DNA of 64,000 nt from the NCBI GenBank assembly GCA_016748015.1, contig JAAOMT010000590.1:863912-927911 (forward strand), in the 5' to 3' direction. The notes under the pieces are model-generated. The model was not told where the DNA came from, did no database searches, and saw nothing but the letters and a program-made list of their open reading frames with translations. The DNA comes from Geosiphon pyriformis uo1. Its lineage: Eukaryota > Fungi > Glomeromycota. Made by a program: the position numbers and the translations under genes. Positions 43,901 to 56,415 of the stretch are shown here, piece after piece; the first letter of the stretch is position 1; each line of letters begins with the position of its first letter.

Positions 43901-46900
43901 TCTTGGAATCACAATTCTGTCGAATTTCTTTCTTAGCATGGTGGTCAGTAATTCTCCTGGTAAGCTATTCTCAAATCTATGAGTGTTCTACCCTTGTTTC
44001 ACGGGTCTTTTACCAGTCCCTATGATATCTGTACTTCAGCACTTAATCCTTAATCAATTAGTAAAATCAAAGAAATAACAAAAAAAAAATAAAAAAAATA
44101 AAAAAAAATAAAGAAATAAAGAAAAGCAATTGCAAGTTAGTATCTCATTAATAGCCATGATCAAAAGCTATTGTTCCAGTGTGGTTAAGTATTAATTACT
44201 ATCAACATGAAATGTTGATAGTGAAGAGTGGATTAGAGATAGAGAATAATTATTTATTGGATATTTGTGGGTTGAAAGATTGCTTAGATTAAATCTAAAC
44301 TGGGAGGTCTGTTTTTTTTATTTCTAATGCTACTGCTATATATACATAATTGAAATTCCTCAATTTCTCAATTCTTCACACCAGGAATCCTAAAATTTCT
44401 GGAATTCTGCAATTCCTCTAAAAAGAATTCTGGGATTCTGAAATCCTGTGATTCTTTATATGAGAATCCTGAAATTTCTGAAATTTTGAAATTCCTTTGA
44501 GAGGAATTCTGGAATTCCACATTTACTACAGCTACTTCTGATTGGCTAATTTATATGTTAATATACTTTCTATATTTTATGAGTAACATTATTCTCTCCT
44601 TTTTAATATTGAGCTCTGTCGAGATCTCCTAATTCTAATTCTTTATCTTTGAGTATTTCTTAAACTTTTTTTTCAAGAATTACTTGTGCTATCTTGTTCT
44701 ATAAGTTTTCAAATTGTACATTTGTTATTTTTCTTATTTGGTTAATGGTAATAGAGTCTATTTTTGAATTGAGTAAAATTTCTGATTGATTTTAAAATCC
44801 ATTGTGTAGTCAATAAATGGCTCTTGCTTGTGTGGTCAAATTGTTTTTCTTCACAAATTATTCCAGTTGTTGCAGTATTGTTGTGTCAAATAATCGTTTT
44901 GTTTTATCCATATATAAGTTTTGGATATTCAAGTGTTGTCCCAAATAAAAGTAACAAAAGTTTCTTGGAAATTGTTGTATCCACCAATTTCAAGTTTTTA
45001 TCATCAACTCTTAATATTGGATAACTTTTGATTGTGTTTCTATTGCCAATTTCACTTTTGTGATTATCTTGTCCAGTATTCTCTGTTTTTCTCCATTGTT
45101 ATGGGTAAACTTGGTGGATAATAGAAATAGTAATGTTTGGTGCTCTCAATTATTGGTAATGCATCTTCTGTGTAATTCTGTTGGCTTAGTCTTGATTATC
45201 AGTCTCTGAAGATTTATTTCTGGATGTGAATTTACCTATTGAGTTCTTTGGTTATAAGGCACAGAGTTTGTCTTTCGTCAATTGCAACGTCTTTCATAAA
45301 TGTGAGCTTTCTTTTTTGAGCTAACGAGTGCAGTTATTAGGGTCTGGTGGTGTCTTTTCACACTTCTGGTAAGCTAACAAGATAACATTAATATCCAAAA
45401 CCTAGGGAGAGCCTCTCTTTTTTATCAGACTATTACAAAGTCTATTCCCAGACAGTCAATTTTACTATGTTGCCGCTCCACAAAAAGAAAATAAGAAAGA
45501 AAGAAAAAGAAAAAAAAAAAAAAGATAAATTAATATCATCAATCACCATGATCAAGAGCAATTAGTCCAAATTGTTAATAGTCTAAGGCAGTTATGCTAA
45601 GCACATCTGTCTTAAAACAAAGATACAAAACAATGGTTAATTTACATAAATTCCACACAGTTTGAGAACATGAATTCGTGATTCTGATTTCTTTGATAAT
45701 TGATTTATTTCAGAAAATGAATATGAAAATATAATAAATGAGAAAAGGTGATGGATATTTGTTTTTTGTCTAATGGTTCATATCTATCTGTCCTGTTTTT
45801 CTACCTTCTACCACTACTCACTTTTATACATTTTTTTGGTTTTACAAGATTGCTTCTAATTGTTTTCTTATTGCTAACTATTGCTTTGTTATTTTTGTTA
45901 TTGCTTCATTTTTCTATGTTATTACTAATTATTCTATGTTATAACATATTATCTAGTGTTATTCTGTATTATCCTATATTGTAACACATTATCTTTCATT
46001 ATTCTAAGTTATAACATGTTATTCAATATTATTGTGTGCTATCCTAAGTTATAATACATTATTCAATATTATTGCGTGCTATTCTGTGTTATGTCACATT
46101 TTGGTCACATTTCTTCATAACTTTGGATTGGTTTTTCTATTTGGGTAATATTATCTCTCTTTTTTTAGAATTGAGCTTCTGCAAAATCGTATGTATCTGT
46201 TTTTATGTTTTCATTTGTGAGTGGTATGGTGACAATAAGGGTCATTTTATTCCAAACTGTTGGCTTAGTTCAGTTAGCATATTATTAACAAAATGTGTTT
46301 CCTAATCAGATAATAATTCTTTCGGGCATCCATGTCAGCAAATTAAGTCTTGATACACAAATTCAGCTATTGTTTTAGTGTTAGCCACTTGGATTGCTCT
46401 GGCTTCTGGCCATTTTGTAAGATAGTCTATGGCTACAGCAATATAGTGATTTTCTTAGGATGTAATCAAGAGAGGTCCAATCAAATTAATCCTGATTCTA
46501 TCAAATAGATTTCCAACTGAAATGGATCGAAGTGGTTCTGTTGATCTTGCTCCTCCTCTTTGCTAACATGCATTACAATTGAGCACATATTCGAAAATGT
46601 CTTTGTATATTGTTGGCCAATAATATAAATTTAGTGTTCTTTCGAGAGTAGCATCCTTGTTAAAGTGTCCTGCAGTTGGATCAGAATGCATATTATGTAA
46701 TATAGTTTTCTTTTCACTGTTTTTTATAACTCGTTGTGGAATGGGACAGTTTCGATGTTCTCATTAATATAGTTAGTTGTCTTGAATAAAATAATTTCGG
46801 GTTTGTTTTCATATAGTACCTCATTCCTGTTAAGATAATATCTCCTTGAAACATAATGTTGATAGATACTAATGTAGTCATTGATAAGTAAGTGTGTCTA

Positions 46901-48739
46901 TGAGTCTGAGATTAGGTTTGTAGCATTCTTGACAAACTGTTGGCATTGGTGTTCTTGAATCCTTCCTTGTAATAAACTTTGAGTGAGAATTGTTGCAGAT
47001 AAATACTCCATTTTGCATATTTTCTTTCTAATTGTGAATTATTGAGTAATCAAATAAGTCTTTTGTGATTGGTATATAGGTTAAATGGTTGACTGAAGTA
47101 ATATTTCCAAGTCTGTATGGCCCAATAAATGGCAAGACATTCCAAATCTGTTGTGTTGTAATTCTTTTCTGCCAGGTTTGTACTGCGACTGGTGTAAACA
47201 ACTAGATGTTCTTTATTGTCTGGTCCTATCTGGGATAATACTGCTCCTAGAGCATTTTTCGAGATGTCCATAGTAACAATAAACCATTTAGTAAAATTTG
47301 GATAAATCAGGATGGAGGATGTGATCAAACGCTGCTTGAGATAGTCAAATGCTTTCTGTTGCTCTTCTTTCTACAAGTACAGTATGTATTTAGACAACAA
47401 ATGATGGAGTGGTTTTGTGATGTTCTAGAAACCTTTAACAAATCGATGATAATAGTCTGCCAATCCTAAAAATTCTCATAATTCTCTGAGGTTGATTGGG
47501 GCTGGAAAATTCTTGACTTTTCAGACCTTATCTGGATCAGATTTGACTCCGTCTTTACCAATTACATGTTCTAGAAACTTTAACTTAGTTTTTTCAAAGA
47601 AGCATTTATCAGAGTTGAATTTCAATCTGGTACTACAAAGGCATTCAAAAACTTGTTGCAGATGGAGCAAATGATTGTCGAACATATTAGAGAAAACATT
47701 TGTGTTGTCTAGATATACTACAACTGATTTTCACAGAATTTCTTTGTATACAATATCTATGAGATGCTGAAATGTGGCGGGAGTATTACAGAGTTCAAAA
47801 AGCATTACATTAAACTCGAAGTTTCTGTTTCGAGTAGTAAACACTGTTTTTTCTTTGTCTTTGGGGTTCATTTTAACTTGCCAGTAACCATTTGCTAAAT
47901 CTAATGATGAAAACTATTTCTTTTTCTTTAGATTGTTCAGAATTTTTTGGATGAAGAAAGTGGGATAATTATCTCCTCATGTGATGCTATTTAGTTTTCA
48001 GTAATCTATGCAAAATTGCACCTTTCTATTTTTTTTGGTGACCAAGACTACTGGAAAAGACCAAGGGCTTAATGATTCTTTGATCAGGCCATTGTTAAGC
48101 ATTTGTTGGACTTCTTATTTGATAAGGTTGTTACCAGATGGGGGTATTCAGTAAGTTTGTTGTTTAATAGATCAAGTGTCTCTCATATCAATCTGATGCT
48201 TTATGATGTCAGTACATCCGAACTCATTTTTGCTGGCAAAGACATTAGCATACTGATTCAGAAGGACTTTGAATTGCATTTGTTGCAAAGTACTTAAGTT
48301 TCCTAAATTTAATTTATTGATCTTCTCCAGTGTAAACAAGTAATTTTTTTTTGGCAAATTTTATACTTGTGAAGTGATATTGCAAAATAAAAATAGCTGT
48401 GCAAAATCTAGAATGGACTGGGGTTTTTCAGAATGTTGAATGTCTGGTGAAATGGAACCAATGAGAGTTCCTTTGGGGATTTCAATTACATTTTCTGTGG
48501 AATTGTGGATGGAGATTTTGAAGTGTTTATGGACTTTGGCCAGTAGGTATAAGTTAGCAACATTGGCTAGAGAACAGATTTCAGGATTGGCTTCAAATAA
48601 CAGGGCTTGATCTTGGATCTTTCAATTTATCTTGAGGAGGTATTGTCGGTAAAAGGGAATGGAGATGACTGTGTTAATGTAGATAAGTTCTACCTGATTA
48701 TTATCTTCTTCCATGAAGTTAATTGGTATGTTTCCTCTT

Positions 48740-49145
48740 TTACTTAATCCAAATCTGTTGATTCCTCAGGCAGTAAGGCCTAATTCTTTTTGGGTTGTTA
48801 CCGGAGTTAATTGGGGTATTTTGACTAGGGGTAGGAAAATAGCTTAGGCAATCTTTTTTTGTGATTTTATTTTGTAGAGTCTGTCTGAATTGTTCTGTAG
48901 CATCATAATAATGTTTTCCGTGTAACCGGCATCAATGATTCTTCCTTTTATGTTGATTTTTTTCTTGGCTAGACTAAATTGAAAGGCAACTTGTACTATT
49001 GTGTTAACAAGAATTTCTAATGCTATCTTAAGATCTATTTTTACAAGGGAATGTGGGGCTATAATTATAGATGATTGTCTGGGGTATCATAAGTTGAAAC
49101 CAATATTGGTGTCATGCACTCTTTCAGAACAGATTTCTTCTTCAT
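48740..49145 (-). pseudogene. dut: dUTPase domain in the pol of element C
   Basis: HDTNIGFNL, SSLAKK, IIDAGYTEN, KIA*AIF and GINRFG motifs. Confidence 0.85.
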
Positions 49146-52100
49146 TGTCACTGTACTATTTTAATTCTAATTCTTTAGATAGGTCAGGATATGCAAGATA
49201 CTGCTCTGTTTCAATAGCTTCATTAGGCTTTTGAAATGACATGTCCTCAACTATTAACTTGACTTCTTCTTCAGATTCTGGTAGTTTGTCAATAAGGTGT
49301 AATATTTTTGACAGTGGATTGAACATGAGGTCACATTTGTCACAATACTGGAAATGGCAAGGGATTAGGCAATGATCACATAATTTTATGTTTAGGTCAG
49401 CTAGTCTCTGTTCTTGTTCTTCTTGGGTTGGGGCCAATTCTTGGTAACAGTCCTGAAACACATCCGAGTCATCAGTAAAAAAATCTTCAATGATGTAATC
49501 AGGTTCTTTGTATTCGGGTACAAATGGGTTTTTTTTGATTTCTTGTATTTCATTAAGTGTGGCATCTTCAAATTTGGCACTTGCCATCCTCCATATTTTG
49601 TGTTCATTATGTAGATAGCCATCCAATCTATTGAGGACTTATCTCTGACTGGCTTCGATTGGGGTTCTTTTTTGTACCCAATCATTAATCAAGATAATAT
49701 ATTGACACGCTTTGTCACATGTCCCTACTCTGCCAGGGACATCATTCCAGAATCCTCTATCTGATAGAATCTCACTACAGGCAAGGCATAGTGTACTGTC
49801 CCATTTGCCTTGTCATTTCAGTCTTCCAAATCTTTCCATTACACATGGTCTGCAATAGTATTTTGTGGCAGTTGGCCATTTTTCATAATTTCCTATACAC
49901 GTGCCCATAGAGGATAACTTTTTCGCACAGTTGACACAGTTTAATTTCAAGGCTTGATACCATTAACTTTCTTGACTTGGGGCAGAATAGCCTGCAGGTG
50001 CCAATTGTAGTTTTTCTGTTTTTTTCTTTCCTTTTTCTTCCCAAGTTAGTAGTGGGGATAACTTTGTTTGGAAATTGTCTGCCCACAAAACTTGATAGAT
50101 TTCTATGGTAGGTGGTGGTATTGTGTCTTCAAATTCAATTAATGGTTCCTCTGAGCTTTGGACTTGGAAGTGTTTACACATAGCTGAGACTTGGACATGT
50201 TGTTCATTAAAGGTAATCTATAATTCCTGTGTGTTCCAGTCAAGAATGGCATAGGCTTTGGCCAATTAGTTATTTCCAACAAAGGCTTGATATTGCATGG
50301 CTTCTATGACCAGGACTTTAATAGAAATCTGGATTCCATTGATCTCAAAGGGGAAATTATCAATTTCTCCAATAAAAGTCTTGATATTGCCATCTGCAGT
50401 AATAATTTGGGCAGTTGTGGCACGATCTATTCAATAACCTAATTAATCTATGAGTTGTTTCATTATTATACTGCCTGCTGAACTGCTGTTTAGAATTAAC
50501 TTAATATCTATGTTCCCAACTCTAGCATCAGTGTACAGAGCTGTGATTGGTTTATCCTAATTAATGGCAGCTCCACTAAAAAGACTAGTGGTGTTTAGAT
50601 GGTCAATGTTGAAGAGAAATATAACAACAAGGGTAGTGTCTTCGGTAATGATGGCGGATAGAATAGTATTGTTGATTTGATTTTGCTTTGAAGGAGTGGG
50701 AGTCTCTCCTACATCCTTCCCTTCTAAAGATTTAGAACTATAAAAATCCTGATTTTCAGTAAGACCAAGATATGAGGCTTGGTTAAAGTATCTGGTTGGT
50801 GCTGGTCAAGATGGGGCATTACTATGATTTAGGGATTGCAATGGTACACTGTTAATCAGCCTTTGATTGTTGCTGAGATTTCTCCATCCTTGGTTGGAAT
50901 TAATCACACAATGCTTAGATTGGCTATTAATAGGACTTTAGTACTGGGGTGCTGCTTGAGTCATTGGCTGTGAAGACTGGTAGTAGGTCTGAAGTGGTTG
51001 CTGGGTATACTGTATTTGTGGTAAGTATTGAGGTGGTTGATATTGAGGCGTAGGGTATTGGAATACTATGTTTTGAGGGTATTTCAGATGTTAATATTAA
51101 TTTTCTTGGTTTTGGTCTATTACTTTCTTACAGCAGTCTTGGATAATGTGTTCAGGTTTCTGGCAATAGTAACAATTGTGGAAATTGGATCTCTAAGGTT
51201 GTTGTTGTTGCTGGTGATTCTGTTGTTGTTGGTATCTGGTGTTATTACTATCTCTTCGTTGTGGTGGTTGGTAGGGTCCTATGGTACTAGCTAAAAATCT
51301 CTCAATTTTCTGAGTTAATTTTTTATTTAATTGAGTTATTTTTGTGTTGATATTAGATGTTCTATTGATAGCCAGATTAATGGCTTGAGTATGGTTAGTC
51401 TCTTGTTCTGCTGACTCAAAGTCACAAGCAAAAGTAACTGCTTCTTATAGGTTTGTTGGGTGGTGGGGTCTTATGGATCAGAGGAAACTGCTTTTTAATC
51501 CTTTGACAAATTGGTTAAGGATTTGCACCACAGTGTAGTAATCCCTTTCAATGGGCTGGATTTGATGAAAAATTTGGTTGAATTGTCCAAGATAAGTGGT
51601 TACTGCTTTGTGGTTTTTTTGTTTTATGATACTAAACTGATTTTGTAATCTGATGAGAGTATTGGAGTCACAGAAGTATTGCAGAAAGACAAGTTTAAAG
51701 ACAACAAAGTCAGTTGGTTTCTTTGCAAGGCTTTGATATTATGAGTCTGTAGTTCCAGTCAGAAAGAATGGCAATGATTAAATAGTCCTATCATTATCCT
51801 AATTGTTGGCAGTAATAACTTTCTCGGCTTCCACAATCCATATATATACGTTATCTTCTTCACTGGAGAATTTCTCTAATTTGGCAATATCTTGGTAAGC
51901 CATGATCTGGTGAGTAGGTAGAGGCTTACTGATTGATGCCAGAGGGTTTGGTGTTTGTGTGTTAGAGTGTTTTCCTGGTGCTAATTCTGATTGTTTTCCT
52001 TTGTTAATTTTCCCAATAGGCTGGAGGATAGCTGTTTTTTCAGAGAGAGTGGTTGATGATTCAGTCAATGGTTGAGTTGGCAGTGGTTTCCATATCGATA

Positions 52101-52749
52101 TATTTCTGTCTGTTTTGTTAAGTGTTGGAGAGAGATTTCCAAACAACAATTTGTATTTTCCTAATGATTTGGTCTAACTATGTTGATTCCAAAGGTATAG
52201 ATTTTCAGGAGTTTGTGGTGTTTTTAACTGAGTTTCTGGGGGTGGGTTGAATACAATTCTACTTTGGGGTGTCTGATAGTATAATGGAGTTATTAGGAAG
52301 AGGAATCTTGGTTTCTTGTTGACCATGAACTTAGCTTGGACAGTTATGGAGTTGTTAGATTCATCTTCGTATTCCTCAGAGTCAAATTCCACTAGTTTTT
52401 GTACTTGAAAGAATCATTTTGCCATGTAATATTTAATGTCTGTATTAATTATGCACAGAGTTTTAGCAATTGCTCAAGTGGTTGTGGCTGTTAAGTACCC
52501 TAATAAGCTTTGATAAATTTGTTCTCTCAGTCTTCCTGTGTCAGTTGCGCGGCCTAATAAGCAATCAATTTTTGCATTAATATAGTTACAAAAATTACTT
52601 TCTGCATAAGTGGTTTCTGCTGGTATTCCTAAGTTTTTTTGAAAGTATTGAAATAGTGCTCTTCTGTATGGGAAGTGATCCTTTTCTACTGTTCTAATAG
52701 TCGCCACTTTTGTGTATTTCTGGAGTGCTCTGTCTTTGTGAATTTATAA

Positions 52750-52768
52750 CTTCACAGGAAGCACCAAA
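52750..52768 (-). promoter_or_regulatory. Primer-binding site of element C (TGGTGCTTCCTGTGAAG)
   Basis: Starts 2 nt after the 5' LTR end and is complementary to a tRNA 3' end ...TCACAGGAAGCACCA. It resembles elongator tRNA-Met (inference). Confidence 0.8.
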
Positions 52769-55700
52769 TGTTATGGGTAAACTTGGTGAGTAATGAAGAT
52801 GGTAATGTTTGGTGCTTTCAATTATTGGTAATGCGTCTTCTACATAATTCTGTTGGCTTAGTCTCAATTATCAGTTTTTGAAGATCTATTTCTGGATGTG
52901 AATTTACCTGTTAAGTTCTTTGGTTATAAGGCACAGAGTTTGTCTTTCGTCAATTACAATGTCTTTCGTAAATATAAGCTTTCTTCTCTGAGCTAATGAG
53001 TGCAGTCATTAGGGTCTGGTGGTGTCTTTTTGCCCTTCTGGTAAGCTAACAAGATAATGTTAATATCTAAAACCTAGGGGGAGCCTCTCTTTTTTACCAG
53101 GCTATTACAAAGTCTATTTTCAGACAGTCAATTTTACTATGTTGTCATTTCACAAAAAAAAATAAGAAAAAAAGAAAAAAAAAGAAAAAAAAAAGATAAA
53201 TTAGTATTATCAATCACCATAATCAAGAGTGATTGGTCCAAATCATTAATAGTTCAAGACAGTTATGCTAAGTGCATCTGTCTTAAAACGAAGATATGAA
53301 ACAATGGTTAATTCATGTAAATCCCATACAGTTCGAGAACATGAATTTGTGATTCTGATTTCTTTGATAATTGATTTATTTTAGAAGATGAATATGAAAA
53401 TATAATAAATAAGAAGGGGTGATGAATATTTGTTTTTTGTTTAGTAGTTTGTATTTATCTGTCCTGTTTTTCTATCTTTTACTACTACTTGCTTTTATAC
53501 ATTTTTTTGGTTTTACAGGATTGCTTCTGATTGTTTTGTTATTGCTAACTATTGCTTTGTTATTTCTGTTATTGCTTTGTTCTTCTACATTATTACTAGT
53601 TATCCTATGTTATAACATATTATCTAGTATTATTCTGTGTTATTCCATGTTGTAACATGTTATCTTGTGCTATCCTAAGTTATAATATGTTATTCAATGT
53701 TATTGTGCACTATCCTAAGTTATAACACATTATTCAATATTATTGTATGCTATTCTGTGTTATGTCACATTCTGATCAAGTTTCTTCATAACTTCGGATT
53801 GGTTTTTCTATTCGGATAACACTATATTTTGTCTCGTGGTTTTTTTCTGGTGTTTGTGTATTAGATAGTTTGTTGGTTAATTGTAATTTTTATCTCTTGT
53901 TGTTGTATCAGTTAAAAAAGTTGTTGTGCTAGTGAGTAAATGCTGTTAGTAATTTCCATTTTTTACTGTCTTTTGTCATGTATACCATGTCTTTATATAC
54001 TCTTTTGATTGTTCAATTTTACATGTTTGGTTCAATAATTATAATTGGTTCTAGATCTTGTGGAATCTCATTTGGTTTAACTAGTATTCCTTGTACTTCT
54101 AATTGTGAAATATTATTGGTAGATAATGATGCTATATAGTAATATTTTTCAGTCAATTACTATATGCTGCTTTGGTTAAGGTTTTGTTGTTCAACTTTAA
54201 TTTATAAGCTCTATTTCTAAGAATTTCTTCTATGTAAAATGGTTCATCCTATTTGGGGTTAAATTTTCCACTCTATTATTTTTCTGTTTTGGTACGATAT
54301 AGAAGTATTTTGTCTCCAATTTTGAATTCAACTGGTTTCTCTGGTAGTTGGTTATTGTGTCTTTCTTTTTGTTTTTCTTGTAACTTTTGGATGTTATCAG
54401 CTGCTCTTTGCCATGTGTTTTCTAGTGTCTCTATTAAGTCATATGTTTTTTTTAACAATGTTCTTTGAAAGTTCTCTTTTGTTATTGGTTCTGTAGGATA
54501 TGTCTTGACTTCTATTTTAATTGGTAGTGTTGCTGTTTTATCATATACTAATTCAAATAGTGTTGCTTGTGTAGTGTTTTGTTTCATTGTTTAATAAACA
54601 AATAATACTGATGGTATAATCAAGTCTCATTCATTCTGGTTTTCTTGGCTGATTTTGGCAATGGTTTCACACAGTGTTCTGTTAAACCTTTTGACTAACC
54701 CATTTGTTTATGGATAGTATAGTGATGATAATGATTTTTTATCCCAAATCTTTGACTTAATTCTACCAATGTTCTATTTACAAAGTGAGTTTCTTGATCT
54801 AATAGTAGTTTTTTTGGACATTTATATCGACAAATTAAATCTTGATAAACAAATTTGGCAACGGATTCTGCATCTGCTCTTTAAATGGTTTTTGCTTCTG
54901 GCCATTGTTACAGGTAATTATTTGGTTGTTGAAGTAGATAACAAACCCATAACTTGGTACTCAAAGCTGTTAATGATGGAATCTGAAGGTGTATTATTTG
55001 AAGGTTTTGTCATGGAGTTCTTTGTATAATGGACAAAGATTCAGTAATAATAGTTTTATCTGTAGCTTCCTGAAACCACAGTTTTGTCAATTTTTTTCTC
55101 AGTGTAATGGTTGGTGTTTCTCCTGGTAAGCTAACCTCAATCGAGTATCCTACTCTTATTTCTGAGTCTTTTACTAATGCTATATTCTGACATTAGTACC
55201 CTGTACATTAATCCTCAATAGAGTTAGTAATATCAACAATTAAGACAAAAAAATAAAAGAAATTATATAAAAATAAGCCAAGACAATGAACATGTTAGTA
55301 TTCCGTCAATAGCTGTGATCAAGAGCTATTGGTTCAGTGTGGTTATGTATCAATAACTATCAATATAAAGTGTTGATAGTGGAGAGTGGATTTGGATGGT
55401 AAATGATTTATTTATTTATTATTTGTGAATGAAAGATTTTTAACTAACTGTCTTTTTTTCTACTTTTAATGCTACTGCTATATATATATGATTGATGTTC
55501 TATAAGATCACTTACATTTCTGAGTGATGTGCTATGATTTTTTGAGCAATGCTCATATTGCTGAGCAATATGCTCTAATTTTCTAATATTGCTCCACATT
55601 GCTGAGCAATATGCCATGTTTTCTGATATTGCTCCATATTGTTGAGCAATGTGCCATGATTTCTGATATTGCTCTATATTGCTGAGCAATATACTCACAT

Positions 55701-55779
55701 ATTAAATACTATTTTTTTATTGGTCTGCTATTTTCTATATCTGTTTTTTTTCTTTTATGAGTAACATTATCTCCTCCTT

Positions 55780-56415
55780 TTAATATTGAGCTCTATCAAA
55801 ATCTTTGTTTTAAATTAATTCTAATACTTCTTTTTCAAGTATTGTTTGTTCGATTCTGTTCTTCACGTCTTCTACTTGTGTATTGTTTATTTTTTCTCAT
55901 TGGTTAATAGTTATGGTTTCCATGTCAGAGTATAACAGTATTTTTGGATAGTTCTAAAATATATTGTGCAGTCAGTAAATTGTTCTTACATGTAGTGTTG
56001 AGTTTGTCTTTTTCCCAATAAATTCTTTGATTTGCTGTATTATGTTTTGGTTAAATATCCTTTTGGATTTGTTAATATACAACTCTTGAATATTCAACTT
56101 TCGACCTAACTAGTAGTAACAGTATGATATTAGAAGTTGTTCTGTCCATTGTTTTCAATTCTCTTTTGTAAATTCTTTTGTTGGTGCCATAATAAATATT
56201 TTCCCAAAAGTGTTCTTTACTTTTTTTATTATGTTATCTGACCCATTTTTATTATTCTTTGGTAACTGCTAATATGGCATATTTTTTGTCTTACTTTTGG
56301 TGTTTTGATAGCAAATTGTTTGGTTGTTAATGATAATTTTTAAGTCTAAAGGTTGTTAACTTAAGGCCTAGAATAATTGTTAAGCTATAGTGTAAATATG
56401 ATCTGGTATTTTCAT
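55780..56415 (-). pseudogene. ORF3 of element D (212 codons, env position, unknown function)
   Basis: A single frame runs from ATG 56415 to TAA 55780 at the PPT. It shows protein-level similarity to A's ORF3 despite nucleotide divergence. Confidence 0.85.

Larger units (their letters stand above)
45097..53821 (-). mobile_element. Ty3/gypsy element C with both LTRs (3' LTR 45097-46150, 5' LTR 52769-53821), internally deleted in integrase/ORF3
   Basis: Two ~1053-bp direct repeats starting TGTTATGGGTAAAC. TSD CCAT (45093-45096) versus CTAT (53822-53825). PBS next to the 5' LTR, PPT at 46151-46166. Gag knuckle CYYCQKPEHIIQDC, PR, dUTPase, RT, RNase H and IN N-half. Confidence 0.95.
43743..54905 (-). 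mobile_element. Ty3/gypsy element B (close relative of A): 3' LTR 43743-44588, ORF3 split by element C, IN C-terminal part to 54905; interrupted by element D
   Basis: LTR homologous to A's, PPT at 44589-44604. Segments 44605-45096 and 53826-54905 are colinear with A's ORF3 and integrase. Inserted inside A's gag. Confidence 0.9.

Noticed and set aside
36639-44588. Treating the LTRs at 35110-36639 and 43743-44588 as the two ends of one element
   Set aside because: The second LTR has its own PPT and ORF3, lacks a PBS and cuts gag mid-domain, so it is the 3' LTR of nested element B.
45748-45984. Hydrophobic 78-aa ORF repeated at 53419-53655 as a possible membrane peptide or env
   Set aside because: It lies antisense inside C's LTRs, arises from T-rich low-complexity DNA, and is duplicated only because the LTRs are.
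55540-55700. CRISPR-like repeat array
   Set aside because: Eukaryotic context, no unique spacers and no cas genes. It is a U3 tandem repeat within an LTR.
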